This document shows, one piece after another, positions 1-13,324 of a stretch of DNA of 64,000 nucleotides. Within the stretch, counting starts at the first letter, position 1. Each line of letters starts with the position of its first letter. The stretch spans positions 695,207 to 759,206 of the forward strand of contig NW_003314333.1 of the NCBI RefSeq assembly GCF_000143415.4, given 5' to 3'. Source of the stretch: Selaginella moellendorffii (taxonomy: Eukaryota > Plantae > Lycopodiophyta). The notes under the pieces were generated by a model. That model was not told where the DNA came from. It was given only the letters and a program-made list of their open reading frames with translations, and searched no databases. The translations under genes and the position numbers were made by a program.

Positions 1-140
1 CCAGTCTTGATAGATGGACAAACAGAAAGGGTGAATAGACAATTAAAGGATTATTTATGATATTATGTCTCTGAAGACTAAATAGACTTGGTAAATTATT
101 TAAGATTTGCAAAACTATGCTATAACAATTCACCCAATTT
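1..140 (+). pseudogene. Ty3/gypsy integrase fragment (degenerate)
   Basis: Frame 1 reads DGQTERVNRQLKDYL*YYVSED*IDLVNYLRFAKLCYNN, matching the gypsy integrase DGQTERVN...YLRHYV...DW...AEF.YN region; in-frame stops. Confidence 0.85.
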
Positions 141-195
141 GGTATTCATAAACTATCAAAAGCACAGAGACATAGAGTATTAATTTGGGGAGAAG

Positions 196-643
196 TGTAA
201 GCCCTTGAATTTGGACTTCCCAAGATGTCACCCATCTTAATATTATTCAAACCCAAGGACGTTTAATCCCAAATATCTCAATGCCCTTAACCGATTAGAA
301 AAAGGGATACACTTTTATTCATTAATCTTTTTATTTTATATTTAAACCCTATTGAATTATTTTTCAAGTTGTTCTCTTTGATTGTTTATAATTCACTTTG
401 TGATGGATTATAAACAACCATACTTCCTTGCAAGTGCATGCCCTTATGAACAAAAGTTAAGAGCCTAACCAAACCATTATTCAACATATGATGCAATTCC
501 CTTGGTTAGACCCAAGACCCCTTTGATATTAAATATAAACTCATGAATTTGGACTTTTTGAAAGGTCACTCAGTTTAGTACTATTCAAACCTAAGAACAT
601 TTAACTTCAAATATCCCAAAATCCTTAATTGATTAAAAATGAG
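196..643 (-). mobile_element. Degenerate Cassandra-like TRIM (one LTR 196-390, internal region, truncated second LTR from ~534)
   Basis: Reverse complement aligns with the LTR and internal region of the intact TRIM at 36854-37446, with many C>T/G>A changes. Confidence 0.8.
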
Positions 644-2726
644 CTTATTGCGGTTCGATTAAATTCGAATGGTCATTTAATTTGTGCTTGTTTATGTTTT
701 TATATTTTATACCTAGGACATTACCTTTATGTTGGACAAGTATATGATTCGATGATATGAATTTAGTGTTTGGGTCTTGTGAATGTAAGTTAAAGAGTGA
801 TTATTAGTTGCTTTACAACTATTGATTGCTTGTAGACTTCATAGAAGATTTTGAATACTTATTTCGCTCAATGATGATTTAGCAATAATAGACTTGTTTT
901 ACTAGATAATGTTATGGAGGATTGTGTTGTTAAACTTACATGATTTTTCCATGTTAGCATATCGACTCTACCTCTATCAATATCATTTAGTTGAGTTTAG
1001 TCTGTGGTGTTAGATTATATTGAGTCTTGGATGTGGTGAATCATTCCTTGATGATGTATTATCTATAATTGAGTTTTATTAAAGGTTTAGTCTCAGATAC
1101 TAACTAATGTATTTTCTACTTTGGTTAGTTTAGTTGCTAAAGAGCTTTGAGTGGTGATTCACTCTTTCTTTCTTCTAGCTTTGTTCTAGTGTTGATAGAA
1201 TGGAAGTGATGCTTTGTTATTGACATTATTGACATTGAGATTGGAGTGGAATGAGATATCTCCCTATAAAATTAATATTGAGTTTCATTAGTCTTGATGT
1301 AAATAGTATTGATGATTTAGTTGTAGCTTGTGTTATTGACATTTGTGCAATTGCTAGTTAGCAATTATATTGCCATTCAAATAAGTTGAGTAGCAAGTTG
1401 AGTTAGTTGTGTTTTAGATAAGATTTTTTAGTAGGAGTTGAGCTTTGAGCTTTTCCTTGAAAAGTGATTCAATCATCAACTATGTTAACTTCACGAGAGG
1501 AAAAGTTGGTGATTAATATTGAAGATATTGGTTCTTTATTGGATTTGAGTTAAGATATATCGATCATTAATAATTTCTTTTACACTTATTATAAAGTGAG
1601 TTATGTCTTATTATACATAGATGGATTCATGAAGAATCTATTTGGTAGTCATTCGTTAAACATAGCTTTATAGTGCTTGGTTTTTAGACTACTTTTGCAT
1701 TATGAAGTTTAACTTATGAATGTGTTGAGAAGGATATTATGGGTTGTACCATGATTTCTTTTTTAGTATTGAAGATAGTTCATATGAAATTCGTGATTAT
1801 TGTTAAACAAGATTTAGATATAAGCTTCTTCAAGTTTTTGGTTCTTTGAGTCTTATACTTATTATTCTATTTGTTAAAAATTGTTGGGGAAGGTATTTTG
1901 GCTTATTAACTTCGATGTTGAAGTTAGTATTTGCATTTAGCAATCAATAGTGACTATCATCTAGGATAATTTATTATCATTGTGAAAGGTTTTACTTGAT
2001 TATTATTGATATAGATTACTTTGCCATACTTCAAGATGGTGGATTCTTTTTTTGATGGTGATTATATATATCTCTATTGATAGGATGATTAATGGTCTTT
2101 TATAATAATTAGTTGTTCTCTTTAATAACTTTTGGCTTTCCATAATACCATATATTTTTTGTAATTTTCTTTGGATTGATCTCTTCGGTTTGAGACATTG
2201 CTAGTATATTGTTGACACTTGTTTAAACAATTTGAGTTCCTTCATATTATTAACTAGGATTTACTCAAATTGGCTAGTATGATAATTGGCATAAAGACTA
2301 TGTTTGTTAGTCTTACAACATTCATTTTTTTCTATTAATTGTTACTATATTTGGTTTTTATAGATTAGAAGTTATTTATTTTGGTTGCTACATTTGTGAG
2401 TATTTTGCTTTTTATCAATGATATTTTGTGTTCTTTTAGTTGTCTTTCATAAGTTTTTTAGCATGTTATTTGCAATTTTTGATAGTTATGTTTTATCGTT
2501 GAGTTTTCTTGATGATACACTGGTAATTAAATTTTTTTGGATGGTGAATCCTATGTTTTCCAATTATGATGATCTTGGTAATAATGATTTATTGAATGAT
2601 AACTTACTTAGAATACTTTTATGTTCTAATTTAAGATCTATTCACTGATAATTAAGTTTCTAAGATATCATTGTCTCTAACTTTGATATTTTCCATCTCT
2701 TGATCTTTCTATTTAAGCCAGTATAG

Positions 2727-4213
2727 TGTAAGCAATTAATTTTTCCATTCTACTTTAGACACCTCCGACTACTTGGAGAAGTCTCATTCACAACATCCAT
2801 AAGTCAAATTCAAGACTTGGGGTCTGCTAGCCCCAAGAATGGCATCCATGCCACTCCACCTTTGCATTTGGTCTAAGTGTTCCACGTGTCCGATCCCATA
2901 ACCAACACCCCAAGGTACCATTGACATACCAACCCGTTACGCTAAGACAATTCACCTTAGTCACACCGGTGGTTCAACACCACCTACATCGCAGTCTCAT
3001 CTCTCAAAGATTGGGGCATCCATCCATGAGTGACTATCCTAGATCCACTCCTTAGTATCCTTAAGATGCCCACAAACATGGGGAATAACCTTCCCCAATA
3101 TCCCTTTTATAATCCCCACCAAGTCCTTTTTCTATCCATAGCCGTGTTTGCTAACACTACCACTGGGACAAGGTTTACAGGCTTAACCACTAAGTCCCAC
3201 TATCCTCTGGGACTTCCTCACCACATGACCGTATCTTTGGTCATTACACCAAAGGACCACTCTTTTTTCTTTCTATTGTCTAGGACTTTGGGACAACATT
3301 TTGGAACACTGTAGCCTTATGCTAGCCTCCTAGGTACTCTCCCCACCTTCTGCCTTTGGGTACTCTAGCCATGGGCTTAGAGCGAGGTTTCATTGAGCCA
3401 CGCCGGGTATCAAAGTAGGTAGTGCCACTTATGCTTGAAGTGAAAGCATCGACCATTCGATTTCCCGAGGGAACTAGAGTCGGCTCTTGAACACTTCATT
3501 AAGCTACCCCGCTTGTCAGTTCGTATTCACTCTAACCTTTGACTTCCTAGTGGTTATTTTATTACCCAATAAATGGGTATAGCCTTCCTAAGCCAAACTG
3601 GCTCCACTAGTGTCTAACCCCCACACTCTCCCTACTATACTTTTGGAACCCCCTATAGTACAGCTCCTGCCCCCCCCCCCCTGGGGGGACGATCGCTTTG
3701 GGCTTTCACCCAACAGCCTATATTAGTATTCGGACTCTGACTCGAACTCGGTCTCAGACTTGGTCTCGGTCTCGGCCTTGGACTCGAACTCGGTCTCAGT
3801 CTTGGCTTTAGTCTCTATTCCATCTCAAACTCCATCTCGGGTCTATCTCGGACTCCATCTCGGGTCCATCTCAGACTCTATCTTAGGTCCATCTTGAACT
3901 TCATTTTGGGTCCATCTCGGACTCCATCTTAAACCTTATCTCGGACTCCTTCTCGAACTCTATCTTGGACTCCATCTCGGACACTTCCACGTGTTATGTG
4001 TTGGTCCTCTTGTGTCCCTTTTCTAGAGACTCATTTATTGCTCACTTCATGCTTGTTCCTCGAGCACTTCATTGGGAGTTCCACTCCCGCTCTCGACCTT
4101 TCAAGTTGAAGTTTTTAGTCCAAACATGTTATGCTCATTTGACTTTCACTTTAACCACTACCATATAACACCCTTTCAACTCCACTTTGGGGCTTAGGGA
4201 TTTGTGTCTCATA
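2727..4213 (-). mobile_element. Solo LTR of family A gypsy element
   Basis: TGTAAG...TCTCATA, homologous to LTR 5235-7036; 5-bp TSD TATAG at 2722-2726 and 4214-4218. Confidence 0.9.
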
Positions 4214-5234
4214 TATAGGTAAATTGGCTTTAAAACTTCATATGCATGGTGAAATCTTTAGTCATGGGGTAGCTACTATAGATTAGTCACATCACCTGCC
4301 TTTCCGTCAATGTTCCTTATTTCATTTAAAGGGTGTGACTATGTAAACAACTCTAACTATTTATTTATAGTAGTTTATCAAAACATGACCAATGGGTTTG
4401 GTTTGTGTGCTCATGAAGGTTGAGGCCTTTAGCTTCTCTCTCTATATCACCTGCAGACAGGGGTATATCATCTTTTATAAGCTGGGTGACACTGGGTGGC
4501 TAACTCCATTGATAATTTCATTGTCAATGATGGCTAAAAAGTGTCTATGTTGTAGCACATTTGTGTTAGACATAGAGGTTACCCTAACTCATTTAAGTTG
4601 GTGCATTTCTTACAAAGTATGAACACCATAAACTTTTTCTAGAGTTGTTTCTTTGGTAGTGTTCTAGACTAGAGTATGCATCGATGAGGATGTCGATCTT
4701 CCCTAAGAGGGAAGAGTGTCACAAATATGATTGCAGGTATCTAAAATTACTTATTAGTGAATCCTTTCAGATATTATTTCTTTACTGCCATGACGGCAGG
4801 AGGTCGATATTGGTAGACCCTTTATCAATCTCCACCCAAGTTAGTTGAGAAACTAGTTATTATATATATACTTATGTTGAATAAACATAAGGTAAAAACT
4901 CCCTATGTGTTTCTTGCTGAGCGTACTCAGCCCAGCATGAGAAACTTATATGCTGGCTTGCACTTGCTAATGTTGAAAACCCTTGTGATATTGAGCTTGG
5001 TCCTTCAATATTCATTAGGTGATACCTTATTATGTCCAAGACAATCTCGCTATCATGTCCCTTGTGTTGATCATGTTCGATTCTATTAGTTATTTATAAA
5101 AGTGTCTAGATTTGCTAATTTGGCATATCTATGGAATGTAGAGATTGCCTTGAACACAATGGTGTTGGTCCCATGTCCAAATTCACAATCTAACATTATT
5201 TCATATTTAATAAGTTTTAAACTTGTCATAAAGG

Positions 5235-8200
5235 TGTAAGCGACTAATTTTTCCATTCTACTTTAGTCACTTAACCACACCTCCGACCACTTGGAGGAGT
5301 CTCATTCACAACCTCCATAAGCCCAACTCAGGACTTGGGGCTTGCTAGCCCCGAGAATGGCATCCATGCCACTCAACCTTAGCACTTGGTCCCAGTGCTC
5401 CATGTGTCCGATCCCATGATCGACACCCCAAGGTACCACCGACATATCGGCCCGTTACGCTAAGGCCATGCCCATTTACCTTGGTCACACTGGTGGTCCA
5501 ACACCACCTACATTCCAATCCCGTCTCTCAAAGACTGGGTCATCCATCCATGAATGATCATCCCATATCCACTCCTTAACATCCTTAGGATGCCTACAGA
5601 CATGGGGAATAGCCTTTCCCAATATCTCTGTTCCGGTCCCCACCAAGTCCCTTTCTGTCCTTGGCTGTGTTCGCCAACACTGCCACTGGATCGAGGCCCA
5701 CCAGCCCGACCACTAAGTCCCACTATCCTCTAGGACTTCCTCACTATGGGACTGTGTCCTTGGTCACTACCCCAGAGGACTGCTCCTCTTCCTTTCCACA
5801 GTCTGGGCCTTTGGGACAACATTTCGGAACACCGTGGCCTTACGTGAGCCACCTGGGTACTCTCCTCGCCTTCTGCCCTTGGGTGCTCTAGCCATGGGCT
5901 TAGAGCGGGTTCCGTTGAGCCACACCAGGTATCCAAGTAGGTAGTGCCACCCACACTTGGACTGGGAGCATCGGCCAGTCGATCTCCCGGGGGAACTAGA
6001 GCCGGCTCTTGAACACTTCACCAAGCTACCCCGCTTGTCGGTCTGTGTTCACTCTAGTCTTGGACTTCCCAGTGGGCAGCTCATCACCCAACACTAGGTT
6101 CGGCCTTCCTGGACCAAACTGGCCTTTCCTGGCCAAACTGGCTCCACTGCAGTCCTCCCCCTTACTATACTTTTGGAGCTCACCAAACCCCCTAGGGTCT
6201 GGGAGACGAACGCTTTGGGCTTTCACCCTCTCAGGCTCCGGACTCGGACTCGGACTCGGACTCGGACTCGGACTCGGATTCGGACTCGGACTCGGGCTCG
6301 GTCTCGGTCTCGATCTCAGTCCCGATCTCGGTCTCGGTCTCGGTCTCGGTCCCGGTCTCGGTCCCGGTCTCGGTCTCGACTTCGGACTCCATCTCGGACT
6401 CCATCTCGGGTCCATCTCGGGTCCATCTCGGACTCCATCTCGGACTCCATCTCGGGTCCATCTCGGACTCCATCTCGGACTCCATTTCGGGTCCATCTCG
6501 GGTCCACCTTGGACTCCATCTCGGACTCCATCTCGGACTCCATCTCGGGTCCATCTCGGACTCCATCTCGGATTCCATTTCGGGTCCATTTCGGGTCCAC
6601 CTCGGACTCCATCTCGGACTCCATCTCGGGTCCATCTCGGACTCCACTTTGGACTCCAACTCGGGTCCATCTCGGGTCCACCTCGGACTCCACTTCGGAC
6701 TCCATCTCGGACTCCATCTCGGGTCCATCTCGGACTCCACTTCGGACTCCAACTCGGGTCCATCTCGGACTCCACTTCAGACTCCAACTCGGGTCCATCT
6801 CGGACACTCCCACATGTCATGTGTTGGTCCTTTTGGGTCCCTTTTTGGAGCCTCGCCTTTTGCTCGCTTCGTGCTCATTCCTCGAGCACTTCGTTGGGAG
6901 TTCCACTCCCGCTCTTGACTTTTCATGTCGGAGCTTTTGGTCCAAACGTGTTATGCTCGTTTGGCTCTCGCTTCGGCCACTACCATGTGGCGTCCTTCCG
7001 GCTCCACTTTGGGGCCTAGGGATTTTGTGTCTCACAACTCCACCACCCATAGACGAAGTTCGATGTCCTCATCGAACAGTAAACCCTTTCATAAAATAAC
7101 ACCCACACGTGTTACCATTTCCATCCTTGGCACCTAGCCAATCTTTGTCTATGGTTTGACACCAAAGGCTCACCATGCCTTGTTCATCCTTTAAGGAGCG
7201 TAGTCTCTCCAACTTAGAAACTGATTGGACCACATGTAATGGTTCTCTCCTTTTATTGGTTTAGTTCTCGCTAAACCTCTTAGAGACCCTTCTCTAAGTC
7301 AATCCCACTACTCCTTCTCGAATAGTCTCAATTTCCATCGGTATAACCTTTGCACTTTGGAACTTTGAATTTTGACTTCTTGGAGTCAATTTCCTAGGTG
7401 TCTCCGACACCTTGCCTTGCACCTTTTGTGCAACTCCACTTCCCATCCTAGGAAGTTCTCTACTCGAGGGCACCATCATCCTCTTTTCTATTTCGTGCTA
7501 AAGTTCTAGTTATCATACTTTGTGCTAAGGCTGTTCATGGCCCTATCATTTGGCTACCTTACCGCTCCCTCCCTTGGAGCTTCCACTTTCGCCAAATCGG
7601 AGCATTTCAGAATCCCTCCTTGGAAACACACTTCCTTTCCCGCAACTTGTTAGCGTCCAACACAATAGTGTTCCTCGCCTAACTTTGTCACTTGGATTCC
7701 TTCCAAGGGATTCCACGGCCCTATCTTGGCCACTCATCTTTTGCTCCTATCCGTTGATTGTTGCACCAAGCAACATCGAATCTCTACCTCCCTCCTTGAG
7801 GTATTGTTTCGGTTCCATAGCAAAGACTCTTCTTTGCCAAGTCCGGAGGATGTTCACCCCTAGTACGTCTCTTTAGCATCTTCTGCTATGGGCTCTATCT
7901 ACGGCCCAACTTCGTGACCCTCCCATGGGTCTTTTATAGAGACTACTTTCCTCGGACTCACTATGCCATCGCACGGACATAGTTTATTTCCCTTAGGTGC
8001 TCTTCCCACTTGGTTATCACGACCAAGCCACACCACCTTAAACAATTCAATTTCAACATTTTGAACCAGGAACTTCATTCCTTAGCCAACCAAGGACCTT
8101 GTCCTTATCTGGCCATAAGATCACCTAGTGATCTCACCTTGGCACCTTAACAGAGTTGCCAAGAGGTACTTGGTTTTCTAGACCTCCAAGTTGTTGACTA

Positions 8201-11200
8201 TAACCCTGGGGGCATCCCCCACACTTGGCGGTGCACCCAAGCTAGCCCTTACGGCCAAGGGTTCATAGCAACTGAGATTAGGTGTCCCCATCTCACTCAC
8301 CACGACCTTGGTGCCACTTGCACCAAAGTGTTCAAGTTAGATATGCTGAGCTTTCACACTAAGCAATCTAACTGTGCATCACGACTCCGAGGCATCCCTC
8401 GCTTGGCGGTGTGCCCAAACCAATCTCCCCACTGAGAGTCCATGACCACCGAAATATGAGTGTCCTCATATTCCAAACCATCACCACGCCCTAGTGATTT
8501 GGGACTCGAACCCAAGCACTAGAGGGTTGGGACTCGAACCCAACCTCCGTATATGCATCTACGGATGGCATCACACAAGATGCCTGGCGTGACTCCCCAC
8601 GCCGGTGCACCAACTTATACTCAAAGCGCGCTATAGATCATAGCTTAGGAACCTAGTTCCTCCACATTGCCAAGTCCTCTCACTTGACAAGTCTGTGATC
8701 ATGCATGGACTCCTCCATGCTCGGCCCCATGGCCCACCCTTTTTGAAGTTATCACCTTCAACTAGGGTATTGGTTCCCCCGACATGCCAATCTCGCTTGG
8801 CAAGTCCTCCGACCACTGTAACATGGTTCCTGCATAAGCGTGAAAGTCCTTGACCATCGACTTTCGTTCAAAGCCTTCTCTTTGAACACTTGGGAACTAC
8901 TTCCCTAACCTTGATAGCCTTGCCTCATGGCAAGCTTCAAGACCACGCTTCTGCTGCGCCACTCTGATTTCGCGCGTTCCATGAACCATTTACACTTGGC
9001 CTTTCTAGGTACTAAGCTACCTAGAATCGTCTTTGGGAACCTTGAAGGAACTCTGTCCCTTAGCTTGCTAAGGCCTCCCTTTTAGCAAGCCTTCCAAATG
9101 CCACATAGTCTAACATGGACAATTCCATATTTTAGACTCTCCATGGCATCACGGTTGCTAGCGGCAACACCCTCGAGCCCCCACTTGATTCTCCACTTCC
9201 AGCTGGCATAACCAACCTTGGTTATGCCCTTTGATTCCTACGGTTCGGTTCTATCCCCTTACTTCTTGCTTTTTGGCTTCACACCTTTCCTTTGGTCATT
9301 CTCCTCCAGACCAGGAGGATAGCTTCGCACTTTCTATCATGCTTTAGCAAGTATTCTTAGGGATGAACCTACCCAATAGCCTAGGGAGTGGTTCTTCAAT
9401 CCGGGTATGCTCACCTTATAATCCCACACACTGGGATTACATTGTTGCTTATGGGCCTTTACATGCCCATCACTAGCCTTGCCAAAATTCCATTTTTGGT
9501 TTTGTCCAACTCGGGTAGACAGTCCTCTCCTGTCTCCGCAACCTTGGACATTTGGATAGCACCTTCTATCCATCATTCGCTAGGGACTTAGTCCCTTGGG
9601 CTTTATCCATTGCCCTCGCGACATCAAACACCAGCTTCTGGTGTTCTAGAGTGTTCGGGTGTCCCAATGATGGCTTTCTTGACAATGAGTATTTCCTTTT
9701 ATGACATTGACTTACTATATCGCAACACAAGCAACTTATCCCCCGTAAAGGTATATCCAACTTCCCTATGCTATTAAGAAGTCTTGGGTAGCTACCATCT
9801 ACCCGTTTAACCAGTTATTTTGCACCTCTTGCTTAGTTGCCTCATAGTTGTCAAGTCCTACAACTCATTGCTTGGTGCTTTCACACCTCTATCATTATCT
9901 GGGTCACCACACTCCAACTGCATGCTTTGCGGCTTAGGCTATGCTATTCCCATTTCCATTGGGATTCCTTTAGCAAGGGGTTCTCATGAACCCACCAACA
10001 TAGCCTCAAGGTATCACACCTTGGCACATTTGGTGTCTCCACACCATCGGCTCCACGAGCCTACCTCTATGACATTTCCCCTTCGTGTCTAAGTCTTTGC
10101 CAAGACCAACACTGCTCTTTCTCATGCCAACCATCCGTTAGCACTGCACCATAGAGGTCACACACAAATTTATGTCAAAGTTGTTTTCTTCTGGGAACAC
10201 CTTTCCCATAACTTTAGCATGGCATATTTTGCCATCGATGAGATACCCTCTGTTCTCATCCTTGGATCCTATGATCCCCCCCCATCCTTTGTGGGGTACA
10301 ACACACCTCAGTCCAAATGCTTCTATCAGTCCTTTTAGGACCATCCGTTGACTCTACTTGAGTCATCCAGCAATTTTGGACTTGGTTAATCCACAGACCC
10401 GTAAGGTCCCACTTGTGAGGCACAAACTCACTGGAATACACTTCTTGCATTCCTGTCCTACTCAAAAGGACTATTTTCACAAGTGTTACTCTGACACTTG
10501 ATTTTGTTCTCTGGGGGCAACCTTTGCCCCTTAGGACTACTTGTCCATGTGATGAGAACACCAACTCATCCACTTAATACACCCCCAACTCCTGGGGTTA
10601 TTCCAGCATTTATTAGAGGTTGCCCCGGCTACCTTTTCAAGGACTTGAGTCCTCTTCCGTATTTGACCTCCCACGGTCATTACTTCTGGTCTCACATTCA
10701 TGAGCACCAACCTCAACTATATGAGGAAAATCTTGTGACTCCTTTATTGCTTTGGAGTCTTTATCTTTCCCGTGATCCCAACTGTAGTTGTTTACCACAA
10801 CTACATTAGCCAGTTTGCTAAGTCAAACGCTCATCTGGATCACATCCTCAACTCTTTGAGGAAAACCATATACTGTTCCCAAGATCCCAAAGTCGTTCCA
10901 TTATTGGCCCTTTTCTATCCACCACCTCGTTTACAAGTTCACACATGAACTGTAATGGAGAGCTATGTCTTCCCGACTTGCTACTCCTCAAGGATAGGCC
11001 CACTCCTCGGACCTTCCGATGCCAACACTAGTGGTGATATACTTGAGCACCAATAAAAGTCGGACTAAGGAACAGCTCCGATACCAAGTTGTAAGTGACT
11101 AATTTTTCCATTCTACTTTAGTCACTTAACCACACCTCCGACCACTTGGAGGAGTCTCATTCACAACCTCCATAAGCCCAACTCAGGACTTGGGGCTTGC

Positions 11201-12713
11201 TAGCCCCGAGAATGGCATCCATGCCACTCAACCTTAGCACTTAGTCCCAGTGCTCCACGTGTCCGATCCCATGATCGACACCCCAAGGTACCACCAACAT
11301 ATCGGCCCGTTACGCTAAGGCCATGCCCATTTACCTCGGTCACACTGGTGGTCCAACACCACCTACATTCCAATCCCGTCTCTCAAAGACTGGGTCATCC
11401 ATCCATGAGTGATCATCCTAGATCCACTCCTTAACATCCTTAGGATGCCTACAGACATGGGGAATAGCCTTCCCCAATATCTCTGTTCCGGTCCCCACCA
11501 AGTCCCTTTCTGTCCTTGGCTGTGTTCGCCAACACTGCCACTGGATCGAGGCCCACCAGCCCGACCACTAAGTCCCACTATCCTCTAGGACTTCCTCACT
11601 ATGGGACTGTGTCCTTGGTCACTACCCCAGAGGACTGCTCCTCTTCCTTTCCACAGTCTGGGCCTTTGGGACAACATTTCGGAACACTGTGGCCTTACGC
11701 GAGCCACCTGGGTACTCTCCTCGCCTTCTGCCCTTGGGTGCTCTAGCTATGGGCTTAGAGCGGGTTCTGTTGAGCCACACCAGGTATCCAAGTAGGTAGT
11801 GCCACCCACACTTGGACTGGGAGCATCGGCCAGTCGATCTCCCGGGGGAACTAGAGCCGGCTCTTGAACACTTCACCAAGCTACCCCGCTTGTCGGTCCG
11901 TGTTCACTCTAGTCTTGGACTTCCCAGTGGGCAGCTCATCACCCAACACTGGGTCCGGCCTTCCTGGGCCAAACTGGCCTTTCCTGGCCAAACTGGCCTT
12001 TCCTGGCCAAACTGGCTCCACTGTAGTCCTCCCCCTTACTATACTTTTGGAGCTCACCAAACCCCCCAGGGTCTGGGAGACGAACGCTTTGGGCTTTCAC
12101 CCTCTCAGGCTTCGGACTCGGACTCGGACTCGGACTCGGACTCGGACTCGGACTCGGATTCGGACTTGGACTCGGGCTCGGGCTCGGTCTCGGCCTCGGC
12201 CTCGGTCTCGGTCTCGGTCCCGATCTTGGTCTCGGTCTCGGTCTCGGTCCCGGTCTCGGTCCCGGTCTCGGTCTCGACTTCGGACTCCATCTCGGACTCC
12301 ATCTCGGGTCCATCTCGGACTCCACTTCGGACTCCAACTCGGGTCCATCTCGGGTCCACCTCGGACTCCACTTTGGACTCCATCTCGGACTCCATCTCGG
12401 GTCCATCTCGGACTCCACTTCGGACTCCAACTCGGGTCCATCTCGGACTCCACTTCGGACTCCAACTCGGTCCATCTCGGACACTCCCACATGTCATGTG
12501 TTGGTCCTTTTGGGTCCCTTTTTGGAGCCTTGCCTTTTGCTCGCTTCGTGCTCATTCCTCGAGCACTTCGTTGGGAGTTCCACTCCCGCTCTTGACTTTT
12601 CACGTCGGAGCTTGTGGTCCAAACGTGTTACGCTCGTTTGGCTCTCGCTTCGGCCACTACCATGTGGCGTCCTTCCGGCTCCACTTTGGGGCCTAGGGAT
12701 TTTGTGTCTCACA
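5235..12713 (-). mobile_element. Full-length non-autonomous Ty3/gypsy LTR retrotransposon (family A, copy 1)
   Basis: LTRs 5235-7036 and 11090-12713 (TG...CA); TSD AAAGG (5230-5234, 12714-12718); tRNA-Met-type PBS TGGTATCGGAGC on - strand at 11075-11086; PPT at ~7037-7051; ~4 kb interior with no intact ORF. Confidence 0.95.
6235..6805. repeat. Tandem array (GGACTC)n, (GGTCTC)n and GGACTCCATCTC/GGGTCCATCTC units inside LTR
   Basis: Directly visible. Homologous arrays at ~12110-12485, ~34897-35436 and ~41284-41850; eroded versions at ~3730-3980, ~14960-15150 and ~21850-22140. Confidence 0.95.
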
Positions 12714-13324
12714 AAAGGCTAATTCCTAGGATTAAAGGTGAAAGCCGAAAGCTTGTGTTCCTCAAGGGTGGGGGGGGTAGGGTTCTAAATATATAGTAGG
12801 GATAGTGGGTAGGTTGGGTATGGCCGACACACCTGAGGCATAGTCAAACTCCTATTTGTATGTTTATCCTTATTCTCCATCCGTTTGGGTCTAAGCTTAA
12901 ATTCCACACCATGCTAGCTAGTGGAGTATCCATATCCTTGCATTAAGCCACCAGTATACTAAAATTATGCTAAACTCCATTTGGCTCCGTTTTGCATACT
13001 GGTCATGGCATTAGGATGCTAGAAACTCTGGGATTGTTCCAAGTCACTTTGTGCTCATATCCCTTCACTCATTGGGCTGAACACTTGGGAGTTGTTCCAT
13101 GCTCCAGCTCCTTCACTCCTTAACTACAAGCTTGGGAGTTTGGCTTTGTTCCTTCGTTCAATGGCTAAAGGCTTTAAAACTCAAGTTCTACTCCACTGTC
13201 TTTATATATGTGGCATGTGGCATATGGCATGTTACATATGGCATATGGAGGGTTTAGATTCTACTTCATAATTATTCTATGGTAAATTACATTAGGATAA
13301 AGGGTGAAAACCACATGCACTACA

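Larger units (their letters stand above)
644..13324 (+). mobile_element. Old Ty3/gypsy element (family C): eroded pol relic plus 3' LTR (4717-5229 joined to 12719-13324); hosts two family-A insertions
   Basis: PPT-like CCCTAAGAGGGAAGAG precedes TGTCACA at 4717; LTR ends GCACTACA at 13324. The rejoined LTR matches the reverse complement of 29654-30597, and 640-1250 matches the reverse complement of ~26820-27430. Confidence 0.7.

Noticed and set aside
6009-7099. Long overlapping ORFs (RS/RT-, GL- and SD-rich) here and at 11812-12696, 34656-35712 and 40989-42125
   Set aside because: They arise from stop-poor tandem repeats inside LTRs, are open in several frames on both strands, and change frame between LTR copies.
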